Below, piece after piece: positions 25,270 to 37,024 of a stretch of 64,000 nt of DNA. The position numbers and the translations under genes were made by a program. The DNA comes from Macrostomum hystrix (lineage: Eukaryota; Animalia; Platyhelminthes), in NCBI GenBank assembly GCA_950097015.1, contig CATNEN010000008.1, positions 806,001 through 870,000 of the forward strand, read 5' to 3'. The notes under the pieces are model-generated. The model made no database searches, was not told the origin of the DNA, and was given only the letters and a program-made list of their open reading frames with translations. Numbering within the stretch: position 1 is the first letter of the stretch; each line of letters opens with the position of its first letter.

Positions 25270-25597
25270 AATGCCTACCAGCTACTTATAGTAGTGTGGG
25301 TCTAGGGAAGAAATTTTTTATGATTCATTTTTTGGCTCCTCCTACAACTGCTTATTCCGTTGTAATATTATATAAGAGTTAAATAGGACTATGTGTTTAC
25401 CTGTTTATCTAGGTTCTCTGACTAACGGTCCTTCCTACCGAAGTCAATAATCGTTTGTCCAATTTTGTGCGTTTAAAAATCGACAAAGACTTCAACAAAA
25501 GGACCATTTTAATTAAAAATGTTTACGTTGCTATCCCAAATTTACTTTAAGAAAATATTTCCTAATTCTTCTACGGTTGTTTTTTATTGATTGACCT

Positions 25598-25635
<38 letters not shown>

Positions 25636-25924
25636 TGTTACCTAAAAATGTTGTTACCTGGATCATATTGGATCAGCTCATTCTGCTCAGCAATTTTTAT
25701 GAGCTATAGTTGATTTTATAACAGTAAAAATACAACTTTGCTGTCAACCGGCCGTCCATAGTTTTTTGTGTTTGCTCGTTTTTATCCAATGGCTCTGTCC
25801 AGCAACTCTTTTTTCCTCCATGTTAATTTCCCAATCCAGAGCATAATTCGCTGATAACTGATGAGGACCTACTGCTACTTTTTAGACTAATTTTAAATTA
25901 GATAAAGATAAGGAGTTTCGAAGA

Positions 25925-26045
25925 ACACTGGCTAGAGCTTTTGGACTCTAACCTGGAGGTCGTTAGTTCGAATCTAATTGTACGGGAAACTATTTTTGTC
26001 CCTAAGCAAGGCATTTAATGCGTCACAACTTCAGTTCGCTAACAA
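25925..26045 (+). mobile_element. SINE family B, decayed 5' part
   Basis: GGACTCTAACCTGGAGGTCGTTAGTTCGAATC...TTTGTCCCTAAGCAAGGCATTTAA. Confidence 0.5.
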
Positions 26046-26859
26046 ATTTCATTAGTTAAATAAGATAAGTGTTTTCAACAAAAACAGATAAAATAACAAT
26101 CTAAGAAATTCGGTCTGATCAGAAATTAACATCACTACCGTTGCACATTAAATTTCATTGTTACTACCTACTGCTGGTAGAGATGCATGCTTTCTCTGCT
26201 ATTATAAACTTTATCTATTCTAGATGTCCATGCACTGTCGTAGCTTTCTATCGTCAAGCAATTTTGTCGATTGTTTCTGTCCAATTATTTTTTTTCTGTG
26301 ATTTTCGGCACATAATCAAACACAAATTTGTACTACTTTTTATATACAAATTTTGCAACTCTCAAGTATTTTTTCGTCCAGAGTTTCATGGCCACAATGA
26401 ACTCTGGTGTGCGTCACATTGTATTCTGCATTCAAGAGTAGATTGTGTATTTTCTAGCTCGTACTATCCCGACTAGTCACTTGTTTAATTACAAACTTGG
26501 CTACAGAAAATTGTGATTCCTGTTCACCAGTCTGTCAAAACCTTTGTAGCAATGCTAAAGTAGCTCATTTATTTTCACATCTTCGCCTGATTATAAGGTG
26601 GTCGCAACTAAAAACACCTACCGTGATTTTCTCTATTCTATTCGAGTTGTAGAAAAAAAATTCTATGAAAACCAATGATTGCTAAATTTTCGCTGAGTAT
26701 TGCTTATTTCAGAATCAAATTGTCGCATCTGATGATGTGAATGTACGAGTAGCTCGTAGTTTAAGACCGTTTACAAACATTTGGTTTCAAATAGGCTTTT
26801 ACAACTTTAGTACTTGCATCAGAAAAATACAATGATTTTGTTTAAACTCTGATTCTGAC

Positions 26860-26990
26860 CAACAGGTCGGAAGTTCGATTCTAAAAATATGTCCTTGAGC
26901 AAGATTCTTAAATTCCCTAGTGTTTCACTTGCAGCCAAGCTGCAACAATTGGATAATGGTCTACAGTCCATGGACTGAGCCTTCGATTGA
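26860..26990 (+). mobile_element. SINE family B, decayed copy
   Basis: GGTCGGAAGTTCGATTC...TGTCCTTGAGCAAGA...CAGTCCATGGACTGA. Confidence 0.55.
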
Positions 26991-27328
26991 ATTGTCTGTT
27001 GTAGGACATCAGATACATTTAATAGTAGGACTTCAAGAAAAATATTTTTTCACTAACTGCAGCCGCTTTTTATGAAAAAAATTGTTGTCAAACGAGTTAA
27101 TTACTTATTTTTTACTTATTAATTAACAAAGGCACTAATAGTCTGAGGTCAAAGAGATAGATAAAATCTAATTATACCTCAAAATAAGACTTTTGACGTT
27201 ACGGCTTCGCGATAACGCGGAAAGTTATCCTCAGGATCAAGCTTAATTTGCAGGGAACTACAAAAAACATGCGGCCCGCTAGAATATTAGAATTACAAAA
27301 GTACTTTATTAACAAGGCCCTGGCTGAA

Positions 27329-30300
27329 CTAGGGCAGCAGGTGCTTCTCCTCCGCCGATGGCGCCGTCGCAGCAGACGCGGCCCCGCCGCTGCCATCTGT
27401 GGAATCATCTTCAATCGACGCCGGCTCGTTGACGAAGTCGGCCAGCAGGTGCTCGAGCAGTCGCAGTGCGATTCCCTCGTGCGAGTTGCTGGCCACGAGG
27501 TGCAGCACCAGCAGGCCGTCCAAGCCGAGCCGTTTCTCCAGCAGTTCCCGCAGCTGCCGTTCTTTCTCCGACTTGTACGGCGCTGAAGTCAGACGCTTCA
27601 GGAAGTCCATGCGTCGCCATGGCAAAAGAAGGTCGATGAGCCAGCCAGCGAAGTTAGCGACAGTCAGGACGGCGACCAGGAGCATCCAGAACCCTGCGAA
27701 CACGAACAGCTTCTCGGTGAAGATGTTGATCGTCAGGACGCATTGGATGGAGTAGCTGCATACAGGTGTGGTAGAAGTAATAAGTGAGATTAATTAAAAA
27801 AATAGACTACACTATTGTGCCAGATGTGCAGCCGACAGCACAGCCGCAGCTATTGCGCTGCGCATCTGAAGGCTGCGTTCTGCTGTTCAGTCCATGGACT
27901 GTGGGGACGCCACACCCACCCTCAATTACCCCAGCTAGTGCTGGTATCTATTTAACAGCTCTGTGAACTGAAGAAATTCTGAATTAAGCGTCTTGCTAAA
28001 GGACACAAATTGTTCCAGAAGAGCCGGGAATCGAACCCCCGACCTTCAAGTTGTAAGTCCGCTGCTGCTGCACCACAAGGCTACAACCTCCTCGTAAAGA
28101 AGATTTCAGCTTTGTAAGAGTAAAGGAAGAAGTAAAATCATTGGTCAGTAGCTCATTTTCTCTGCAGTCATTAAAAGGAAACTTTGGACTCCTAATAGTA
28201 AGGTCAGGAGTTCGAATCTCAGCCCAAGGAAAACAGTTTATCACATTTTATCACAGCTTGTCACATTTATCGCATTTATCACAGACACGGCAATTAATTT
28301 AGCTGATACTAAACAATTTAATTATTAACAATATTATTATGGCTGCGGGCAATGGGACATCATCTGGTGACACTAGACCCGCAGCCTGCGAGGAGGCAAT
28401 TCTATACACAATCCACTGACTCCTGGGCACACACGCACACAGATACCGTACGAAGGCATACGCTCAAACAGGTGTGTACATCTGCCACACTTTCACTGTG
28501 CCTAGGAGGTATGCCGTAAGGGCATAAATTTCGCGACAAGCCCCCAAGCCTTCCCTCCGCGGCTTCGGCCCCAAATCAAAGTTGCCTCGCCGCGTAATAG
28601 AGCTCATTGACCTTGGTGTTAGAGGCAAACGCGTTACGAGCGTAGACTACTCCGTCGCTCAGCCCTCAAAAACACAAAACCTTAACTTAGCTTACTTTAA
28701 TTCGGATAATTCAGCTCCCAAGTTTCACCTGTTGGTGTTGCCCAGCCTCCTGATGGAGAAGTCGCAGAACGTCACCCTCGGGAAGTGGCCAGTCTGGTGC
28801 CATTCGACACCCAGGGCCAAATCCCTAGCAACCAGGAACAGGGCGTCCACAGACCGGCCAAAGAAGGACGAGAGCAGGAAGAACTGGCCGATGGCGTTGA
28901 CCACGTACATCAGCTTGGTGAACAGGTACAAGCAGGTCAGGAAGTTCCTTGTGTAGAAGATTTCTCTTCTTTCGTTGCGACTCCGAATGCGCATGTTGGT
29001 GCTGAGCTGGTAGCCGATACCGTCCAGGCTTTCCCCCTTGGCTGCCCGGGACACCAGAGTGGCGAGGTCAAGTCCTGCAGAGTATGCGACTCGATTTGAA
29101 TACGTGGCTTACAGAGCTTTCTCCATGGCGTTGTGGTAGACGGTAGAGGGTTCGCTTTAAGAAGCTTCTACATCCTACGGGCTCGTACATGATTTTGAAA
29201 GCATGTTTACTTAAGAAATATATTACGAAAAAATTATTTTGAAATTATTTTGGCTACCTAGGCCACAGGCAACTGGTCTCTGATTATACAGGTCTCTACA
29301 ATGCGTATTTCCTGTCATCATGTCCTCATCATCATTAGCTAGATTATGCAGTTGGAAATGGGAAATCTGAAGAGTTCTCTCAAATTTTATGATCGAATTT
29401 TGAATGTTTCTGTCGTTTTATCTATTTACGATGCTAATAAAATTAGAAGATGGCTATTTCAGTTGAACCAGATGTACAGCCAGTGTCGCAACCGAAAATG
29501 ATTGCGTCACGCAATCAAAGGCCGTGTACAGCTGTTTAGTCCGTGGACTGAGAAGGCCGCCGAACTCAAACCCTTATTTAAACCCACAGCTGATGCTCAA
29601 ATTTTTGACTTCTAGGTCTGAATTCCTTCTAGAGTTAGAAGGACGTTAGAAGGTCGTTTCAATGTCGCCGTCTTCTTCCACTATACTAAAAATGAAATGC
29701 TTGGTTGGTTGGTTGGTTGCTTGTAATTGATTTTCTCCCGAACGGCTCAACCGATTTTCACCATTTCTTCAACAAAAGATGCTAAATATGGGGACAATTA
29801 TACACGTATTTTTATTAAGCTTAACTTTATTGCTAAAGGGATTAAATATTCGAAAAACATGATTTTTTCAAAGGTCAAACCATCTTGGCCTATTGAGAAT
29901 TTCACTGACAGCCACTGAATTAGAATTGCGTCGTCAAATTGCGCAACAACCCCTAGCTGATTGAATTTGAAGCCTGCACTCTGGAGACAAATTGGAAATA
30001 AATGTACACAACCAACCGCGAGACTGAGTGCACTCTATTTTCTTACTTCATTGTACAAAGCCAGAACTTTGAGAATTCATTTTATAAGGCTGATTTTTGC
30101 ACCCACTAACCAACAGTCGGAATAGCCGATGTGTAGGCACTAGGAATAGGTTATAGGCTAGGCTAGGGTTCGATTCTGCACTGCGTCAAATCATTTAGAC
30201 TAATTTTCAGCCAGTAGTGATTGAAGATTGTTTTAATTTATTTTTTCATTTCGTAAATAAAATATCATAAATCATAGCAAACCTGAATTTGAATCATGGC

Positions 30301-33300
30301 AAAAATAGAGCTTGAATCATGGCTAAACCAGAGTCTGAATCATGGCTAAACCAGAGTCTGAATCATGGCTAAACCAGCGTCTGAATCATGGCTAAACCAG
30401 AGTCTGAATCATGGCTAAAACAGAGTCTGAATCATGGCTTAACCAGAGTTTGAATCATGGCTAAACCAGAGTCTGAATCATGGCTAAACCAGAGTCTGAA
30501 TCATGGCTAAACCAGAGTCTGAATCATGGCTAAACCAGAGTCTGAATCATGGCTAAACCAGCGTCTGAATCATGGCTAAACCAGAGTTTGAATCATGGCT
30601 AAACCAGAGTTTGAATCATGGCTTAACCAGAGTTTGAATCATGGCTAAACCAGAGTCTGAATCATGGCTTAACCAGAATTTAAATCATGGCTAAACCAGA
30701 GTCTGAATCATGGCTTAAACAGAGTCTGAATCATGGCTAAACCAGAGTCTGAATCATGGCTAAACCAGCGTCTGAATCATGGCTAAACCAGCGTCTGAAT
30801 CATGGCTAAACCAGAGTTTGAATCATGGCTAAACCAGAGTTTGAATCATAGCCAACCAGAGTTTGAATCTTGGCTAAACCAGAGTTTCAATCATGGCTAA
30901 CCCAGCGTTTGAATCATGGCTAAACCAGAGTTTGAATCATGGCAAAAGCCGAGTTTTAATCATGGCTAAACAAGCGTCTGAATCATGGCTAAACCAGAGT
31001 TTCAATCATGGCTAAACCAGAGTTTCAGTCATGGCTAAACCAGCGTCTGAATCATGGCTAAACCAGAGTTTGAACCATGGCTAAACCAGAGTTTGAATCA
31101 TGGCTAAACCAGAGTCTGAATCATGGCAAAACCAGAGTTTGAATCATGGCTAAACCAGAGTTTAAATCATGGCTAAACCAGCGTCTGAATCATGGCTAAA
31201 CCAGAGTTTCAATCATGGCTAAACCAGAGTTTCAATCATGGCTAAACCAGCGTCTGAATCATGGCTAAACCAGAGTTTGAATCATGGCTAAACCAGAGTT
31301 TAATCATGGCTAAACCAGCGTCTGAATCATGGCTAAACCAGAGTTTCAATCATGGCTAAACCAGAGTTTGAATCATGGCTAAACCAGAGTTTCAATCATG
31401 GCTAAACCAGCGTCTGAATCATGGCTAAACCAGCGTCTGAATCATGGCTAAACCAGAGTTTGAATCATGGCTAAACCAGAGTTTGAATCATGGCTAAACC
31501 AGAGTTTGAATCATGGCTAAACCAGATCTTGAATCATGGCTAAACCAGAGTTTGAATCATGGCTAAACCAGCGTCTGAATCATGGCTAAACCAGAGTTTC
31601 AGTCATGGCTAAACCAGCGTCTGAATCATGGCTAAACCAGAGTTTGAACCATGGCTAAACCAGAGTTTGAATCATGGCTAAACCAGAGTCTGAATCATGG
31701 CAAAACCAGAGTTTGAATCATGGCTAAACCAGAGTTTAAATCATGGCTAAACCAGCGTCTGAATCATGGCTAAACCAGAGTTTCAATCATGGCTAAACCA
31801 GAGTTTCAATCATGGCTAAACCAGCGTCTGAATCATGGCTAAACCAGAGTTTCAATCATGGCTAAACCAGAGTCTGAATCATGGCTAAACCAGCGTCTTA
31901 ATCATGGCTAAACCAGAGTTTGAATATTGGCTACACCAGAGTTTGAATCATGGCTAAACCAGAGACTAAATCATGGCTAAACCAGAGACTAAATCGTGGC
32001 TAAACCATCATCATCAGCATGGCTAAACTAGAGTTTGAATAATGGCTACACCAGAGTTTGAATCAAGGCTAAACCAGAGTCTGAATCATGGCTAAACCAG
32101 AGTTTGAATCATGGCTAAACCAGACTTTGAATCATAGCCAACCAGAGTTTGAATCTTGGCTAAACCAGAGTTTCAATCATGGCTAACCCAGCGTTTGAAT
32201 CATGGCTAAACCAGAGTTTGAATCATGGCTAAACCAGAGTTTGAATCTTGGCTAAACCAGAGTTTGAATCATAGCCAACCAGAGTCTGAATCATGGCAAA
32301 ACGAGAGTTTGAATCATAGCCCACCAGGGTTTAAAACATGGCGAAACCTGAGTTTGAATCTTGGCTAACCCAGCGTTTGAAAAATCAACGTCAACTGGGG
32401 AGTCATCATCAAAATGGGGATCATGGTGAACTGGGGGATCATGGTAAACTGGGAATCATTGTCAACTGGGGGATCATTGTCAACTGGGGGATCATTGTCA
32501 ACTGGGGGATCATTGTCAACTGGGGGGTCATTGTGAACTGAGAGATCATTGTCAACTGGGGGGTAATGGTCAACTGGGGGATAATTGTCAACTGGGGAAT
32601 CATCATCAACTGGGGAGCATCATCAACTGGGGGATCATTGAGAACTGGGGGATCATTGTCAAATGGGGGATCATTGTGAACTGGGGGATCTTTGTCAACT
32701 GGGGGATCATTGTATACTGTGGGATCATTGTCAACTGGGGGATCATTGTCAACTGGGGGATCATTGTCAACTGGGGGATCGTTGTCAACTGGGGGTTCAT
32801 TGTCAACTGGGGGATCATTGTCAACTGGGGGATCATTGTCAACTGGGGGATCATCATCAACTGGGGGATCATTGTCAACTGGGGGATCATCATCAACTGT
32901 GGGATCATTGTCAACCGGCGGGATCATTGTCAACTGGGGGATCATTGTCAACTGGGGGATCATTGTCAACTGGGTGATCATCATCAACTGGGGGATCATT
33001 GTCAACTGGGGGAACATTGTCAACTGGAGGAACATTGTTAACTAGGGATCATCATCAATGGGGAGACTTCATCAACTGGGGGATCATTGTGAACTGGGGG
33101 ATCTTTGTTAACTGGGGGATCATTGTCAACTCGGGGATCATTCTCAACTGGGGGATCATTGTCAACTGGGGGATCATTCTCAACTGGGGGATCATTGTCA
33201 ACTGGGGGATCATTTTCAACTGGGGAATCATCATCAACTGGGGGATCATTGTCAACTGGGGGATCATTGTCAACTGGGGGATCATTGTCAACTGGGGGAT

Positions 33301-35094
33301 CATTGTCAACTGGGTGATCATCATCAACTGGGGGATCATTGTCAACTGGGGGAACATTGTCAAATGGAGGAACATTGTTAACTGGGGATCATCATCAATG
33401 GGGAGACTTCATCAACTGGGGGATCATTGTGAACTGGGGGATCTTTGTTAACTGGGGGATCATTGTCAACTGGGGGATCATTGTCAACTGGGGGATCATT
33501 GTCAACTGGGGGATCATTTTCAACTGGGGGATCATCATCAACTGGGGGATCATCATCAACTGGGTGATCATTGTGAACTGGGGGATCTTTGTCAACTGGG
33601 GGATCATTGTCAACTGTGGGATCATTGTCAACTGGGGGATCATTGTCAACTGGGGGATCATTTTCAACTGGGGGATCATCATCAACTGGGGGATCATCAT
33701 CAACTGGGTGATCATTGTGAACTGGGGGATCATTGTCAACTGGGGGTTCATTGTCAACTGTGGGATCATTGTCAACCGGCGGGATCATTGTCAACTGGGG
33801 GATCATTGTCAACTGGGGGATCATTGTCAACTGGGTGATCATCATCAACTGGGGGATCATTGTCAACTGGGGGAACATTGTCAACTGGAGGAACATTGTT
33901 AACTAGGGATCATCATCAATGGGGAGACTTCATCAACTGGGGGATCATTGTGAACTGGGGGATCTTTGTTAACTGGGGGATCATTGTCAACTGGGGGATC
34001 ATTCTCAACTGGGGGATCATTTTCAACTGGGGGATCATCATCAACTGGGGGATCATTGTCAACTGGGGGATCATTGTCAACTGGGGGATCATTGTCAACT
34101 GGGGGATCATTGTCAACTGGGTGATCATCATCAACTGGGGGATCATTGATAACTGGGGGAACATTGTCAACTGGAGGAACATTGTTAACTGGGGATCATC
34201 ATCAATAGGGAGACTTCATCAACTGGGGGATCATTGTGAATTGGGGGATCTTTGTTAACTGGGGGATCATTGTTAACTGGGGGATCATTCTCAACTGGGG
34301 GATCATTGTCAACTGGGGGATCATTCTCAACTGGGGGATCATCATCAACTGGGGGATCATCATCAACTGGGGGATCATTGTGAACTGGGGGATCTTTGTC
34401 AACTGGGGGATCATTGTCAACTGGGGGTTCATTGTCAACTGGGGGTTCATTGTCAACTGGGGGATCATTGTCAACTGGGGGATCATTGTCAACTGGGGGT
34501 TCATTGTAGCTTTAAAAAGCTGTAAATTCAGCTTCTAAAAAGTCTATACTAGACGAATTAAAAGTATTTCTGCTCCCCGAAGGGGGGCAAATCTTGCTAG
34601 TCCTACTTCTAAAGAAGAAGGTTGGTTCCCTTCTATTGCAACTCACACCTTTGAGAACTGAGCGCATTGGTAACAATCTGACATTTCGACGACTCACCGC
34701 TCTTCCAATTAAACAGTCGCCACACCATGGCAGGTAGATAGTACAGAAATGCCTGCGCGGTGAGCATGTACGGAATCCACTGGTAGTACGGAATCTCCTG
34801 GCTACGCCTGACAACTGCTTCCGATGCCAGCTCCTCATTCTTCGGCACAAAGTAGGTGTTCTTGACCCAGCAGTAGTCTTCAGCGTACTGAATCCAAGGG
34901 TTCTTGAACTCCTGAGGTGTCCAGCATTTCATCGGCTCGCCGACGATCTGCTTGGCGCTGAGCACCACGGCGGACAGGACGAGGATGAGCGCCGTCCAGT
35001 ACCGGTTGAGCCGGTCGGCGTAGTCGTCGTCGAGTTTGGAATCGCCGGATAGGCGATAAAAGCCGCGGACAGTCTCAAACAAGGCGAAATCCAT
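27329..35094 (-). CDS. inx: Innexin (invertebrate gap-junction protein), 3 exons, 389 aa
   Basis: Exons (minus): 35094-34698, 29074-28729, 27755-27329 (1170 nt, in frame). Motifs: DDDYADRLNRYWT, GEPMKCWTP, YAEDYCWVKNTY, YYQWIPYML, FPRVTFCDF, QCVLTINIFTEKLF. Confidence 0.96.
27815..28090 (-). mobile_element. SINE family B (CORE-like), near full length, in innexin intron 2
   Basis: The minus strand reads GGTTGTAGCCTTGTGG...GAAGGTCGGGGGTTCGATTCCCGG...TGTGTCCTTTAGCAAGACGCTTAA...CAGAGCTGTTAAATAG...CAGTCCATGGACTGAACAG. Confidence 0.8.
28330..28665 (-). mobile_element. SINE family A, in innexin intron 2
   Basis: Reverse complement of the 6120-6456 body, with an AT-rich tail. Confidence 0.78.
30290..32370. 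repeat. 23-bp minisatellite array (GAATCATGGCTAAACCAGAGT[C/T]T) in innexin intron 1
   Basis: The unit is directly visible over ~2.1 kb (roughly 90 copies). Confidence 0.97.
32388..34506. repeat. 18-bp minisatellite array (TCAACTGGGGGATCATTG) in innexin intron 1
   Basis: The unit is directly visible. The 6-aa periodic ORFs (VNWGII / TMIPQL / DNDPPV) are repeat translations. Confidence 0.97.
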
Positions 35095-35617
35095 GGCGGT
35101 GTTGCTTTAACGGAGCTAAGCCAAAGCTGTTGCTCTTTCGAGTTGCTTTTTGGGACAGTCACCGCGGTCCGGTGTAGCGCTTCATACTGACTGGCTTGGT
35201 GAGATGAGCAGCGTGAGTCTTATCGGGTGCTCAATGCTCCGCCCAATACCCGGCTATCTTTGAGCAATGTACTCAGCCCCCATTTTAGAATTAGCTAGCT
35301 TTTTGGACGGGTTTCTCTTCTTTATAGATAAAATCGAGACAGCAATTGCATAGACTCACAATTGCACTGAATACTGGTAGATAGCCGGCTTTGACTGCTG
35401 TTGTTTTTAAGATTTTTCTAGATTAATTTCTGCAGAAGCGTTTAGTACACTGAATTCTCCATTTTTGGTTCATTATTTACACCTGCCCCAATTGGGCCAG
35501 ATAGAGCAGCCGAACAGCTCTGCCGCAGCTATCGAGCTACGCATCTGAAGGCTGCGTACGGCTGTTCGGTCCATGGACCACGGGGGAGGCGCCACACAGA
35601 ACACTCAGTTATCCCAG

Positions 35618-35997
35618 AAAATCGGGGGTGAGTGGCTGAGCGGTTAACGCGTTTGCCTTTCGCAGCAAGGTCCCTGAGCTCGATTTTATGGTCAGGCCAC
35701 ATTTATTTGGGGTGCAGCCACGAAGAATTGTCGTGCAATTTTCGCCCTTGGGGCGTAAACCTCCAAGGCACAGTGAAAGTGTACACTGCCTGACGATGAG
35801 AAAGTACACACGTACACTCGTACACACCTGTGTGAGCGTGTGCCTGCGTACGGTACCCGTGTGCGTGTGTGCTCAGGAGTCAACGAAATGGGCAGAATTG
35901 CCTCCTCGCTGCATGGCTGCAGGTCTACTGTCTTAAATGATGTGCCATTGCCTACAGCTCTCCCGTAATTATCTGGTCATTATTATTATTATTATTA
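35618..35997 (+). mobile_element. SINE family A inserted into a family B SINE; (ATT)n tail; ~9-bp TSD
   Basis: Flanks TTATCCCAG (35609-35617) and TTACCCCAG (35998-36006). The family B sequence continues on both sides (~35500-35617 and ~35998-36070). Confidence 0.82.
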
Positions 35998-37024
35998 TTA
36001 CCCCAGCAAATGCTGGCACCTGTTTAACAGCTGGTGCAATTTAGAGTCAGGTGTTTTGCCAAATAGCACATTTTTCCAGTGGTTTAAAGGTGACAGTAGA
36101 GGTGCCAAATAACACAGTAGATTAACAAAGTAGTTGCAAGTCTTGGACAGAAATTTCTTTTACTACTAAAAATGTGCAGAGAGAATTAACTTGAAACGTT
36201 TTTCCGCTTAATTTAGATTTCTATGGCTTGACTGCAGAGCATGCTACTAATATGTAGGCAGAGTGCATATCTGGGAATTGTTACAGGCTTGTAATTTAGT
36301 ACTAATGCACTTGAAGTCATTTTTATGTCTCAGTTTTTCTCCATTTTATTCTGCTATTTTTACACCAACTGTGTCCGTAAAAAAATAGAATCAGAAACTG
36401 ATAAGAGACTTCCAGGACCTTTGTGACTGGCTGACCAGGAAGTAACACTTCATTTCATATCCGTGACACTCATTTAATAGACACGCAGCACAGTTATATA
36501 TGCAGGTTATAACTGAAGTGGCTGCAAAGCCTTTATGCAATCCGAAATTTAGGCTACGTGCAGTTGAGTAGGGAATGTAAAAATACGTTTTCGAACGTTA
36601 AAAATTTCATTTTTACGGCTGCACAATTTTGGGAAAAATAGGGTATTTGAAATACCCAAAATGCTTAGTCACACAAACCAGAAACAATCCTTGAGACTGG
36701 CATCAAGGATGCGCGAGTTGTGCGTAAATGAATAAACAAAAAATTGATTTAACTAAAATTATATTTTTTTGTCCATGCGGATGTTGAGTACAGGGTCTTT
36801 TATTTACATTCTCTCGACCATATGGCTGTATGCTACGCACTTAGTGCACTGTACAGCGTTGCCACTGTACAGGACTGAGTGTGTCAGGAGAGTTTAAAAA
36901 TACATTTTCTATAAAAAGCCACCCTGTATTAGAAGTATATAGCCTCGCAACTTACAACTGCGTGCCAAATTACTTCGCCCACACAAGTGTTAGAGTTAGA
37001 CGCAGTAACAAAACAGCCTAGTGA

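Noticed and set aside
28165-28235. tRNA-like segment (GGAGTTCGAATCTCAGCCCA)
   Set aside because: It has only a T-arm/B-box with no complete cloverleaf, and is best explained as a decayed SINE head. The same applies to the other tRNA-like heads.
32338-34538. Many long ORFs (VNWGII, TMIPQL, DNDPPV, STGGSL)
   Set aside because: The 18-bp unit is open in several frames on both strands, and it lies inside an innexin intron.
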